From NCBI GenBank assembly GCA_963702005.1, contig OY969696.1, forward strand, positions 1,792,001 through 1,856,000: a stretch of 64,000 bases of DNA. Direction: 5' to 3'. Shown piece by piece: positions 52,801-61,274 of this stretch. The number at the start of each line of letters is the position of its first letter. Position 1 is the stretch's first letter. The notes below the pieces were generated by a model. That model was not told the origin of the DNA. It worked only from the letters and a program-made list of their open reading frames with translations, and did not search any database. This stretch comes from Candidatus Aminicenantes bacterium. GTDB taxonomy: Bacteria > Acidobacteriota > Aminicenantia > Aminicenantales > JAFGBC01. A program made the position numbers and the translations under genes.

Positions 52801-52922
52801 TGTTCTCGCAGCTCGTCACGCTCTACGTGACGCCGGTCATTTACGTCACCTTCGACAATCTCAGGAAAAGGTGGCGGAAGGGGAAGGGCGTACAGGTAGC
52901 GGCTAATCCTCGAAAGACCTGA
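49815..52922 (+). CDS. RND permease (MdtB/C-like)
   Basis: RRPVMTTLL, VDDAIVMLENI, GLVKKNGIMMVDFA, RFRPIMMTT. Confidence 0.95.
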   Translation: MNFSETFVRRPVMTTLLMSALLIFGILGYRLLPVSDLPNVDFPTILVIAGLPGASPETMAATVATPLEKQFSTIQGLDSMTSSNQLGLTMITLQFALSRNLDAAAQDVQEMMTFASRYLPQNMPMPPYYQKVNPANTPILFMLLKSEALPLSTIDEYAQTMIAQRISMVPGVAQVAVYGSQTYAVRVQLNPDALASRGIGIDQVSRAVQTGNVNLPTGTLYGPNRAFTVQSNGQLNNAAEYRDLVVTYRNGSPVRLKDLGRVIDSVQNDKVAAWAYKGGSHERAVMLAIQRQPGTNTVAVAGAVKKLLPLFRSQLPASVDFQVLFDRSESIQASVNDVKTALIIALILVVFVIFFFLRSVRATIIPSLALPFSIIGTFAVMQILGYSLDNLSLMALTLSIGFLVDDAIVMLENIVRHQEMGEQAFAATLKGSKEIGFTIVSMTLSLAAVFIPIMFMGGILGRLFHEFAITIAAAVLFSGFVSLTLTPAMASRVLRAPGQEKHGALYVAAEKAIQAALNFYRVTLAWVLRRRRATLAFSAVILILTVVLFMKIPKGFIPSEDSGLLMGVTEAAQGISFQAMTEHQAAVAKIVQDDPNVESFASSIGGMGASNAGRMFIRLKPRGQRPLKADAVVESLRPKLFGITGINSFLQNPPPITVGGRFTKSLYQFTLQSPEVDTLYSSAAQFESRMRALPLLQDVTSDMQLQNPEVTVEIDRDKALALGVTPYQIEDALYYSYGSRQVSTIYAATNQYYVIMELEPQYQNDPSQLSKLYIQSSTGRLVPLDSVARLVPTVGPLTVNHSGQIPSVTVSFNLKPGVSLGPAVAEIAGLAKENLPTSVSTSFQGSAQAFRSSMSGLGFLLLMTIVVIYLILGILYESFIHPLTILSALPFAGFGALVTLFLFRTELSIYAFVGVIMLVGLVKKNGIMMVDFALAAERGEGKKAEDAIFEACLIRFRPIMMTTMAALFGTLPIAIGFGAGAESRRPLGLAVVGGLLFSQLVTLYVTPVIYVTFDNLRKRWRKGKGVQVAANPRKT

Positions 52923-53323
52923 TAGCCAAGAAGGAATAATGAATCAACGCTGTAGGCGATAGGTTATTAAGCGAACAGCTTCCGGTCTGCGCAACGCAGA
53001 TCGCTCTCGTCATAGTAGGGATCGGCCCAGTTGCCATCGCTGGATAAGAACCAGCCCGCGGCTTCCGCCTGCTCCTGCTTTGAAGGAGATGCGGTTTTAG
53101 CGGACTTGGCTTTTTTGGCCATCGTTGACTGGCGATCGAGAAAATCGAAGTGGTCCACGAGGGCAATGGCTTCTATGGCGAATACAGTGGCAATATCATT
53201 GTCGTGGATCGCAATGAGATTATCCCCGTTTTTTTGTTCTCCCAAGAGGGCCAGGTTGGATGAGCCGCAATAAACCACTGGGTCCTGGCCGCTGAACCCG
53301 CATACGACGAACTTATGATGCAC

Positions 53324-53929
53324 GAAAGCTTTACAGGCTGCCCCGTGGCTTGCCACGGGGTGGAATGTATGCCTTGCCGAGGGGGTGATAAGGGGGACCG
53401 GAAAGTCCCCCTTATCCACAAAGGCCCTTGCTCGGGAGTGTGGTAAAGTATATGGGTGACGCTGAAACGGACGAGTCATTCGGTCTACGACACGTCCTAC
53501 CATCTGGTCTGGTGTCCGAAGTACCGGAAGAAGATTTTCGAGCGGGTGGAAGTCCGGGAACGAGCGAAACAGATCGTGGGAGAGATTTGCGAATCGTACG
53601 ATATTGAAATCATCGAGATGGAAATTACCGAAGATCATATTCATTTGCTAGTATCATTTCCGCCATCGCGATCGATCGGGGAGGTCGTCAGGATCATAAA
53701 GAGCATGAGTGGGAGGGGGTTGTTTCGCGAGTTTGCGGGCTTGAAAAAGAAGCTGTGGGGCGGGGAAGTGTGGGAGGACGGATATTTCGCAAGGACGGTC
53801 GGAGACCGGATGACGAGGGATGTGATCGCGAAGTACATCGTCAGTCACCGAGAACTGGAGCAAGGGCCTGCGCAGCTGGCCTTGAAGCTGCGCTCCTAAT
53901 GCCCCGCGGCTTGCCGCGGGGATCTTTAC
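53324..53929 (+). mobile_element. IS200/IS605-family IS, copy 2
   Basis: Matches copy 1; the only difference I saw is synonymous A40536/T53536. Inserted after TGCAC. Confidence 0.95.
53456..53899 (+). CDS. tnpA: Y1 HUH transposase
   Basis: Protein identical to copy 1. Confidence 0.95.
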   Translation: MTLKRTSHSVYDTSYHLVWCPKYRKKIFERVEVRERAKQIVGEICESYDIEIIEMEITEDHIHLLVSFPPSRSIGEVVRIIKSMSGRGLFREFAGLKKKLWGGEVWEDGYFARTVGDRMTRDVIAKYIVSHRELEQGPAQLALKLRS

Positions 53930-55484
53930 CTGGTGCCCAAGACCAAGCCCCGGCACTTGGTTGAATGGGGGCGGCAGTTTCGTTTTGGTCGGCTTGCCGG
54001 TGACCAGCACGCCGGTCTTCCTCCGCCGCGTATAAAGAAAGATACCGTCCGGCGTGTCGGAGATTCCGTAGCTGAATATGTTTTGATTGGAATGAAGTTT
54101 ATTCAGGGCGGGAATAATCGGTCCGGTGCTTTTCTTGTCGAGCCCCATTACCGCAAACAGCACACTGCCCTGGCTGTCGTTTTCCTCCTTCGCGATGCGC
54201 GCCGCCGCATTGCCCAAGGTTTCCTTGGCGAACTTCTCATCGTGGGGCGAAAATGTGATCTCGATCTGGGGGAGTTCGGCCGAAGAGAAAGAAAAAATAT
54301 TTCCGGCCGCCGGAGTCTTGATGAACTTCGCCGCCGATACGTTGTCGTTCCAGGCATTAGCGAAGACCTGCGCGTAGGCGGCCGCCACGTCCTTGTCGTT
54401 GAAGATCAGCACGTGGTTGGAGTTCACATAGAGACCGGTGACGGAGAAGTTGGTAGAGCCCGTCAGCACTTTCAGTGGGCCGCTTGCGTCCGAGACGATC
54501 AGGACCTTATCGTGAGAATAACGGCCGAATTTCCCGCGCATGATCGCTTTCGGCGTCTTGGCCGCTTGGCTGAAGAGGTTTTCAAATTCGTCTTCAGGCT
54601 TGGGCTTCTTCGCGTCATGGTGCAGACCGGCATTGTCGAGAATGACACGGATGCGGTGGTCTTTAGCCAACGCCAGAAACGCCTTCATGATGTCCGGTTC
54701 GTTGAGATCATAAGCGAACACGTCCAGCCGAAGATTCTTATCCTTAAGGACTTCATCGGCGATCCCGAGAATCTTGTCCCGAGCGGTGAAACCCAGCCAG
54801 GCATACTCCTCCGCAAAGGTGTAGCTCTTCCCCGCGTCGTTCTTTCCGGAAACCTTCGACGTATCGAATAGCAATTCCTTGGATTTGGGGCGGAAGACGG
54901 CCGTTTTGCTGAAGTGACGCACAAAGGCCTGCGATTGTGTAAAGCCCCGCGTAAAGCCCGCCTCGATCTTCCCCTTCGAGAACGGCTCCACGTTCAGGAT
55001 CACCGATACCGACAGCGCGGGATCGAGGGTCTTGAGCGAATTGTTCCCGTCGAAGTATCTCGGCGTAACCGTGTAGGTGTAAGGGCCGAAAACCGGCTTT
55101 GTCCCCTGGTGCGCCGATCCCGGCACATGCACCCATCGAAATTTATGGATCGGCGCGTTAATGCTGGAATAGGCCGGTTCCGTGGCATCCTGCGCGTGCT
55201 GGGCGGGGTTCTTGAAGCTCAGGTTGTTGAACAGGTAGTAGGCCTGCTTTCCATCAGGACGACATTGGATGGTAAAACCCGCAAGGTTTTTAGCCTTTTC
55301 CTTCTGCAGGTTGAAAGCCAGGAGTGTCCTGGCGTCCCCTTGATACGCTTTCAGGGAGAAGCCGTCTTTTTGTGCCGTGATATTCATCGCGGCCTCCTTG
55401 TGAATAATGGAGGGGACTGAAATTTCGACTGCTTCAACCCCCTCCCCATTACAATAAAATTATATTGCCGTCCGCCCGGCGATG

Positions 55485-56173
55485 TCAATGACCTCTGCCG
55501 ATCCAACCCTGGTAAATCATCTCCTGATCCGGGCTCGGGTTCGGAATCCTCTTGATGCGGTATCCGGGATCTATCTTTTTCGCCAGGACGACCGAGACCT
55601 CTTTTTCCTCGCCGCCCCTGGAAAAGCGGACGGTGACCGTATCCCCGGGCTTTTTGGAATCGATGATCTTCTTCATGGCCGCGGCATCGACCGTGACGCC
55701 GTCCAGAGCTAAGATCACGTCCCGGGGGGCGATGCCAGCGCGCCCCGCCGCGGAATGACCACCCGCGCTCCAGACGAAAAGCTTGCCGTCCCGCTCCCGG
55801 ACCGTCGCTCCCAGGTCGGCCTCGTCAAGTTCCTTGGGCAACTCGACCTCCAACCCGGCATAGCCGAGATATTTGAGATAGCGGTTTTCTTCCACTTCAG
55901 CGGATTCCCCGATCCGTCGATAGCCCTAAAATCCTGGACGTTCCCGGCATAATCGATGATTTCGTAATAGCCCGGCATCCAGACCGGCATCTTGAAATCC
56001 CGCGTCTCGCCCTTCAATCCTTCGCAGCGAAGGACGACATGGAACAGGTGCGAGGCCGGTTCGTCCATGGAGACCGTGAAGGCCATGGTGCTGTTCGGCG
56101 GTGCCGCGAAGGCCGAGGCGGCCGCGACGAGCCAAATCATAAAGAACGCGAATGCCCTGGGCCGAGTCTTCAT
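55485..56173 (-). pseudogene. M61-type aminopeptidase remnant: N-terminus joined out of frame to the PDZ C-terminus
   Basis: Signal peptide and MPVWMPGYY N-domain, then near 55880 a switch to the frame YLKYLGYAG..AGRAGI..RDVILALDG; no HEXXH. Confidence 0.75.
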
Positions 56174-56197
56174 TCCATGATCTCCATTGCGCTAACC

Positions 56198-56294
56198 TTA
56201 ACCCGTTCGCCGACGCTACCCCGCCTTTCAATACACATGAGCCGTTTCCGGTTCATGAGTGCCGGCATTCATGCCGTGGAGTCGAGGGTTTGAC
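56198..56294 (+). mobile_element. TGAC-bounded hairpin element, copy D
   Basis: TTAAC|CCGTTCGCCGACGCTACCCCGCC...GTCGAGGGTTTGAC; shares an internal unit with copy E. Confidence 0.7.
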
Positions 56295-56545
56295 TCCGTA
56301 TAGATTTTTCCGACATAGGCAGCCGCCAGCAAGCACAAGTTGAAGACGGGCACGCTTTCACAAAAAGTTTCGATCTGCTTACGCCTTTTGGCGCCGAGTA
56401 CCCCCGCATACAGCTCGAATACGGTTATGGCTGTTACAGCCAGGCGCCCTTCCTGCAGCAGATATGTCAGGGCTTGAGCAAAGGGCGGAGTATCAGTGAA
56501 GAAATCGAGTACGACATCTGTATCCGTGATCACTAAATGCGCCAA
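56295..56545 (-). pseudogene. 3'-truncated PIN/VapC toxin
   Basis: ITDTDVVLD, TAITVFEL..G; similarity stops at copy D, and the D.LIA/T.N motifs are missing. Confidence 0.75.
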
Positions 56546-56673
56546 TTCTTCCGGATCTCCCCAAGCCCCTTTTTCGTCTCAGCAGCCTCTTCGGCATTCC
56601 AGCTTCCTCTCAACTTCATCAAGACGCTCAGGGAGAGGTCTCTTGGCCGTCTCTCCGCTCTCTCCAGCCGCCC
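56533..56673 (-). pseudogene. 5'-truncated putative antitoxin
   Basis: Frame RLERAERRPRDLSLSVLMKLRGSWNAEEAAETKKGLGEIRKNWRI* overlaps the PIN start and begins at copy E. Confidence 0.5.
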
Positions 56674-57006
56674 TTGACCCGTTCGCCGACGCTACCCCGC
56701 CCTTAAAGGCGGGGCTTAAAATCGGAGCCCCGCCTTTCAAGGCGGGGACGAGAAGCGACACTTTTGTACTCAGCCCCTTTAGAGGAGATGGGGCTGAGTG
56801 GGCTCAAGGTTAACCCCGAACAAGCCCCGGCCTTGCAGTACTCATACTAAGCCGGAAACGGCTTAGTATGTGTGCCGGCATTCATGCACTCATGAACCGT
56901 TTCCGGTTCATGAGTACTGGCGCTCCAATGAGCATTAGTCCGTGGAGCTTCGGCCGGGGAGCAGCCTTGCAGCACTCATGGCTTCCATGAGTGTCGAGGG
57001 GTTGAC
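56674..57006 (+). mobile_element. TGAC-bounded hairpin element, copy E (longest, multiply nested)
   Basis: Copy B scaffold with at least four extra G(T/C)ACTCA-initiated hairpins; terminal TTGACA-17 nt-TATATT. Confidence 0.8.
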
Positions 57007-57210
57007 ATGCTCCGAGCTTCGATTTATATTTCCGGAAAGTGACGAGATGGGATTATTGATGCGAGAAGCCGCCATATTATCCCATTTCAAAGAGAGGATT
57101 TCATTTCTCCTTATTCCGGGGACCTCATGCCTGATAAATGGACCAAATCAGGGGGCAGGTCACCGAGCGCCATGATTTACTATCGCTTTCATTAGGGAAG
57201 GAGGGATAAG

Positions 57211-58371
57211 ATGTTCAACAGATCCAAATTTCCGAGGACTTTTCTCTCGATGTTTCTCGTCGTCATGTTTTTTAGCGCCGTTTCGCTTTGTCCTGCGGAA
57301 ACGTATCCAATCCCAAAATCCGCGAGTCCCTTGAAGGAAGTTCCCATACCCGTCATCCATGTCAAGGGCAGCCATTATGAGGTCGGGCGTCAGATCGGGA
57401 CCCAGCTCAAGAATAACCTTATCCAAGAAGTCGCGGAGATGAAGAAGAATAAAGACTGGGAAAAGATCAAATCGGAAGCGGGACTCTTTCTTCAATATTC
57501 CAGGAAATACGTGCCCGAGTATGTGATGGAGGTTCAGGGCGCGGCCGACGCCGCCGGGTTGGCATTGGAGGATCTTTTTCCCTCCGTTTGTGAAGAAATT
57601 GGGTCCTACGGATATGAATATACAAATGGCTGCAGCGATCTCATCGCCTCCAACGATGTCACCGAAGACGGATCCGTCCTCGCGGCGCATAACAATGACA
57701 CGTCTGTTTCCACTCAAGAGCATGTCACCATCATTCACTACCAGGTGGACGGCGAGCCTGAGATCGTCGCCGTCGGTTATGGGGGATTGGGGATCAGCGT
57801 CGGCTACAATTCGGCGGGCATAAGTCTGACGGGCAATCAGGTCGACTCCAACGATATGAGAGTCGGAGTTCCCCGGTTCCTCCTCGTTCGCAAGATCCTG
57901 GCCGCTCAAAGGATCGGTCAGGCGATCGATGCGGCCATCTTAAGACAAAGGGCCTCCGATTATAATCAGGTGATCGCAGACTCGAACGGGGAGATCTACA
58001 GCATCGAAGGCTCAGCCACCGACTACGCGCCGCTCTACGCGACGGATGGCTATCTTGTTCATACCAATCATTTTATCGCTCCGTGGATGAGAAAGTTCGA
58101 GCTTGACCCGAACGCGATCACCTCTTCTATTGTCCGCTACAACCGCGGGATCAGATTGATCAAAAACAACCTGCATAAGCTGAATGCCGAGAGGATGAAA
58201 GAATTTTTATCGGACCATGTGAATTATCCCAATTCCATCTGTTCGCACGGGGAAAAAGTGAAAACCACGTTTTCGGTCATCATCAACCTCAATACGCTCA
58301 CGATGCTTTTGGCCAAAGGCAACCCGTGTGAGGTCAAATACAACGAGTACAAACTCATTTCCAAACGATAA
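57211..58371 (+). CDS. Peptidase C45 (Ntn-hydrolase, acyltransferase-like), exported
   Basis: Signal peptide, G|CS cleavage motif, AHNND, HTNHF. Confidence 0.85.
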   Translation: MFNRSKFPRTFLSMFLVVMFFSAVSLCPAETYPIPKSASPLKEVPIPVIHVKGSHYEVGRQIGTQLKNNLIQEVAEMKKNKDWEKIKSEAGLFLQYSRKYVPEYVMEVQGAADAAGLALEDLFPSVCEEIGSYGYEYTNGCSDLIASNDVTEDGSVLAAHNNDTSVSTQEHVTIIHYQVDGEPEIVAVGYGGLGISVGYNSAGISLTGNQVDSNDMRVGVPRFLLVRKILAAQRIGQAIDAAILRQRASDYNQVIADSNGEIYSIEGSATDYAPLYATDGYLVHTNHFIAPWMRKFELDPNAITSSIVRYNRGIRLIKNNLHKLNAERMKEFLSDHVNYPNSICSHGEKVKTTFSVIINLNTLTMLLAKGNPCEVKYNEYKLISKR

Positions 58372-58402
58372 AAAGCTCTCAAACGATGGCTCTCCTTCCG
58401 GC

Positions 58403-58431
58403 TTGACAATGCGAAAGTGATTTTATATTAT
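58403..58431 (+). promoter_or_regulatory. sigma70-like promoter
   Basis: TTGACA-17 nt-TATTAT. Confidence 0.6.
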
Positions 58432-58580
58432 AACCCCAACTCTAAGAGGTTTGTTTCAGATCGCGGCAATAAGAGATCTTATGCCAACGTTCGATGAGAG
58501 CACGCAGGGAGACGGGGAGAAGCCGAAAAACCGCCGAGCCGATATTGCCATGGGCAAATTAATAGAATAAGGAGGGGACA

Positions 58581-61274
58581 TTGAAGAACAAGAAGGTTTT
58601 CAATCTGGTCTTTGTGAGCCTTGTTTTCATGCTTCTGTTGGTCCATCAAGGATTCGCCCAGAAACGGACAGGAACGATCAGGGGCACGGTCAAGGACGAG
58701 ACGGGGGAGGCTCTCCCCGGAGTCACCGTGGAATTGAAAGGTCCGGCTTTGATGGGCTCCAGATCGATCCCGACCGACGCCGCGGGAGCATTCAGGTTCT
58801 TTGCCCTCCCCGTCGGCGCGGAATATGAAGTTGCGTTTTCGCTGCAGGGGTTTCAGCCTGTGGTGCACAAAAACCTACCAGTTACGATCGGGGGGACCAT
58901 TGTCCTCGACATCGTTCTCAAGCCCGTTTCCATCGAGGCGGAAGTGACGGTGACCGCGCTGGCCCCCCTTGTGGATACCAAAAAATCAAGCTTCTCCTCC
59001 AACTACGATTCCAAGACGTTGGATACTCTGCCAACCAGGCGGTTCACATTCTTCGACATGGTTCAAGCCTCCCCGGGCGTTACGACGTCGGATCCTGAAT
59101 ATTCTCGTGCCAGTGCCTTTGGGGGCGAGGAAAAGTCGAATGCCTATTACATTAATGGGATCGACATTTCCGCTCCCTCAACAGGCGCGGCCTGGCCCTG
59201 GCCCATGCCTGATATCATCGAGGAAATGGAGATCACCGGAATAGGCGCTCCGGCTGAATACGGCAATTTCGAGGGAGCCGTCATCAATGTGGTCAGCAAG
59301 TCCGGTTCCAATACCTTCCACGGCGACGCGAAGTATTTCCTCCAGCCTAAATTTCTGACAGGCAATAACACTCCCAAGGAGAAATGGCCTTTTAACCGCG
59401 ACCGCTGGCATGATGCCATCTTCACGCTTGGCGGACCGATCATCAAGGACAAACTGTGGTTCTTCGCCGCCGTTCAGCATCAAGTGAACAGCTTTTCAGG
59501 GGTGGGAGCGGACCCCCAATATCCGGTAGAGTCCAGGATGACGCCCACGGGGGATATCAAGATCGACTACCAGCTCAACAAAAAGGATAAATTGAGCCTT
59601 TTTGCCCACTACGAAAATTATAAATTCCCTGGAATACCCACTCAATTCAAGCCCGTTGAAACGATCAACTCTGAATCTGCGCCGGCCGTTGCACCCAGTT
59701 TTGAATGGCTCCATATGATGAACGATAATACCTACTTCGAGATCAAGTACGGCGGCTTTTATACTTATGATAAATGGGAGCCGGTCCAAGGGGATTTGAC
59801 GACCCCGGGGCACACGGACTGGGGGACCGGGTATGACTCCGTCAACGCAAAGACTTATTACCACTGGAAGACCAACCGAACCCAAGTCAACGGAAACATC
59901 TCCCATTACGCGGATAATTTTTTAAAAGGACATCACGAGTTCAAGGCCGGCGTCCAATACAGCCATGGTTATTCCGATCTGATCTGGGGATATAATGGAG
60001 GCGTGGAATACTACGACTGGATGAATGAGCCTTATATGGCTTATTTTCGCAACCCCTCCCACTACGGCGGCATGACGGATCAGCTGGGGTTTTTTGTCGA
60101 CGACTCCTGGCAGGTATCGGACAGGCTGACCGCCAATCTGGGACTGCGTTTTGATTACAACCATGCATCTATCCCCGCCTTCGATGAGCTCGACAGGTTT
60201 GAGAAGCCTACAGGGAATAAGATTGCCGGGATCCCTGATGTGGCGAATTGGAAACAGATCTCACCAAGAATCGGGATAAACTACCAGTTGACATCGGACA
60301 GAAAGACGCTTCTTCGTGCGTCCTATGGCCGCTACACTAAGGGCCTGATCATCGGAGACATCGAAGGATCGACTCCCGCCCTATCGACCCTCTACGTCAA
60401 TATGTATAATCCTGATACGCATGCTTACGACATCCCTATCTATAGCTGGAGTCCCCTGACAGATACCGGAATCGATAAAAAACTGAAGGCGCCCTATACT
60501 CAGCAGTTCTCCGCCGCTCTAGAAAGGGAAGTTTTTCAGGATTTCTCGCTTTCGGCCACATTCATCTACAAGATCAATAAAAACAGAATCGATAGGCTCA
60601 ATACGGCCGCTCAGTATGAGCAGATACCTTTCATCGATGCCAGCACCGGGAATACGATCATGGTCTACAACCAGATCGAGCCCCTTCAGAATCTCTATCT
60701 CATCACAAATCCAGGAGATAAAATAACCTATCGGGCTCTCATGCTAGTGGCCAACAAGCGCTTTTCCCATAACTTCCAGCTTTATGCCTCGTTCACCTGG
60801 TCGAGGGCTTGGTGGACGCCCAAAGGCTATAAAGACAAAAACGAACTCATCAATTCCGAAGGTCCTATGAGCATCCTGCACGCCGTCGACAGGAGGTGGA
60901 TGTGCAAGTTCGGCGGCGTTTACATGGCTCCTTTCGGCTTTGTTCTTGGAACGAACGTCATCTACCAACAGGGTGCACCTTGGGAGAGGACGGTTCTCGT
61001 CCCGGGTCTCAACCAAGGGCCGAAATTCATCAAGGCTGAGCCGCGAGGGAGCCGCCGGCTCCCTAACGAGCTCTATGCCGACGTTAAAATTGAGAAAACG
61101 TTCAAAATAGCGCAAAAGTACTCGGTGGAGTTCTCGTGCGACATCATCAACGTTTTTAACGAAGATACCAATCTGAGCTATGTCAGCACACAGGTGGAGA
61201 GCCCGAGCTGGATGATTCCCACGAACATCATATTGCCAAGGAGAGCCCTCATCGGGGTGAAGTTCGTCTTTTGA
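58581..61274 (+). CDS. TonB-dependent receptor with carboxypeptidase-regulatory-like N-domain
   Basis: G.I.GTVKD..G..LPGVTV, AEYG...GAVINVVSKSGSN.FHG, C-terminal Phe. Confidence 0.9.
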   Translation: MKNKKVFNLVFVSLVFMLLLVHQGFAQKRTGTIRGTVKDETGEALPGVTVELKGPALMGSRSIPTDAAGAFRFFALPVGAEYEVAFSLQGFQPVVHKNLPVTIGGTIVLDIVLKPVSIEAEVTVTALAPLVDTKKSSFSSNYDSKTLDTLPTRRFTFFDMVQASPGVTTSDPEYSRASAFGGEEKSNAYYINGIDISAPSTGAAWPWPMPDIIEEMEITGIGAPAEYGNFEGAVINVVSKSGSNTFHGDAKYFLQPKFLTGNNTPKEKWPFNRDRWHDAIFTLGGPIIKDKLWFFAAVQHQVNSFSGVGADPQYPVESRMTPTGDIKIDYQLNKKDKLSLFAHYENYKFPGIPTQFKPVETINSESAPAVAPSFEWLHMMNDNTYFEIKYGGFYTYDKWEPVQGDLTTPGHTDWGTGYDSVNAKTYYHWKTNRTQVNGNISHYADNFLKGHHEFKAGVQYSHGYSDLIWGYNGGVEYYDWMNEPYMAYFRNPSHYGGMTDQLGFFVDDSWQVSDRLTANLGLRFDYNHASIPAFDELDRFEKPTGNKIAGIPDVANWKQISPRIGINYQLTSDRKTLLRASYGRYTKGLIIGDIEGSTPALSTLYVNMYNPDTHAYDIPIYSWSPLTDTGIDKKLKAPYTQQFSAALEREVFQDFSLSATFIYKINKNRIDRLNTAAQYEQIPFIDASTGNTIMVYNQIEPLQNLYLITNPGDKITYRALMLVANKRFSHNFQLYASFTWSRAWWTPKGYKDKNELINSEGPMSILHAVDRRWMCKFGGVYMAPFGFVLGTNVIYQQGAPWERTVLVPGLNQGPKFIKAEPRGSRRLPNELYADVKIEKTFKIAQKYSVEFSCDIINVFNEDTNLSYVSTQVESPSWMIPTNIILPRRALIGVKFVF

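Larger units (their letters stand above)
52967..55387 (-). pseudogene. Phospholipase D-superfamily protein, interrupted by IS
   Basis: HDK...TGSTNFS and HHK...CGSSN motifs; removing 53324-53929 restores GLGHQ-VHHKFVV (604 aa). Confidence 0.9.

Noticed and set aside
17241-52819. Many long antisense or alternate-frame ORFs (e.g. 18441-19943, 23434-24930, 35074-36357, 50742-52226)
   Set aside because: Shadows of well-supported genes in high-GC DNA.
40324-53324. IS copies exactly 13,000 bp apart, a possible artefact
   Set aside because: Each has its own TGCAC target, each restores a different ORF on removal and they differ by one base; treated as coincidence.
56674-57006. CRISPR array or IscB/TnpB omega-RNA locus
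   Set aside because: No regular repeat-spacer period and no cas, iscB or tnpB gene; only IS605-like end hairpins are shared.
58440-58560. Riboswitch (lysine-like) in the TonB receptor leader
   Set aside because: Only GGGGAG..GCCGAA and a GGCAATA/TATTGCC pairing; too short, and the other stems are not evident. Needs Infernal.
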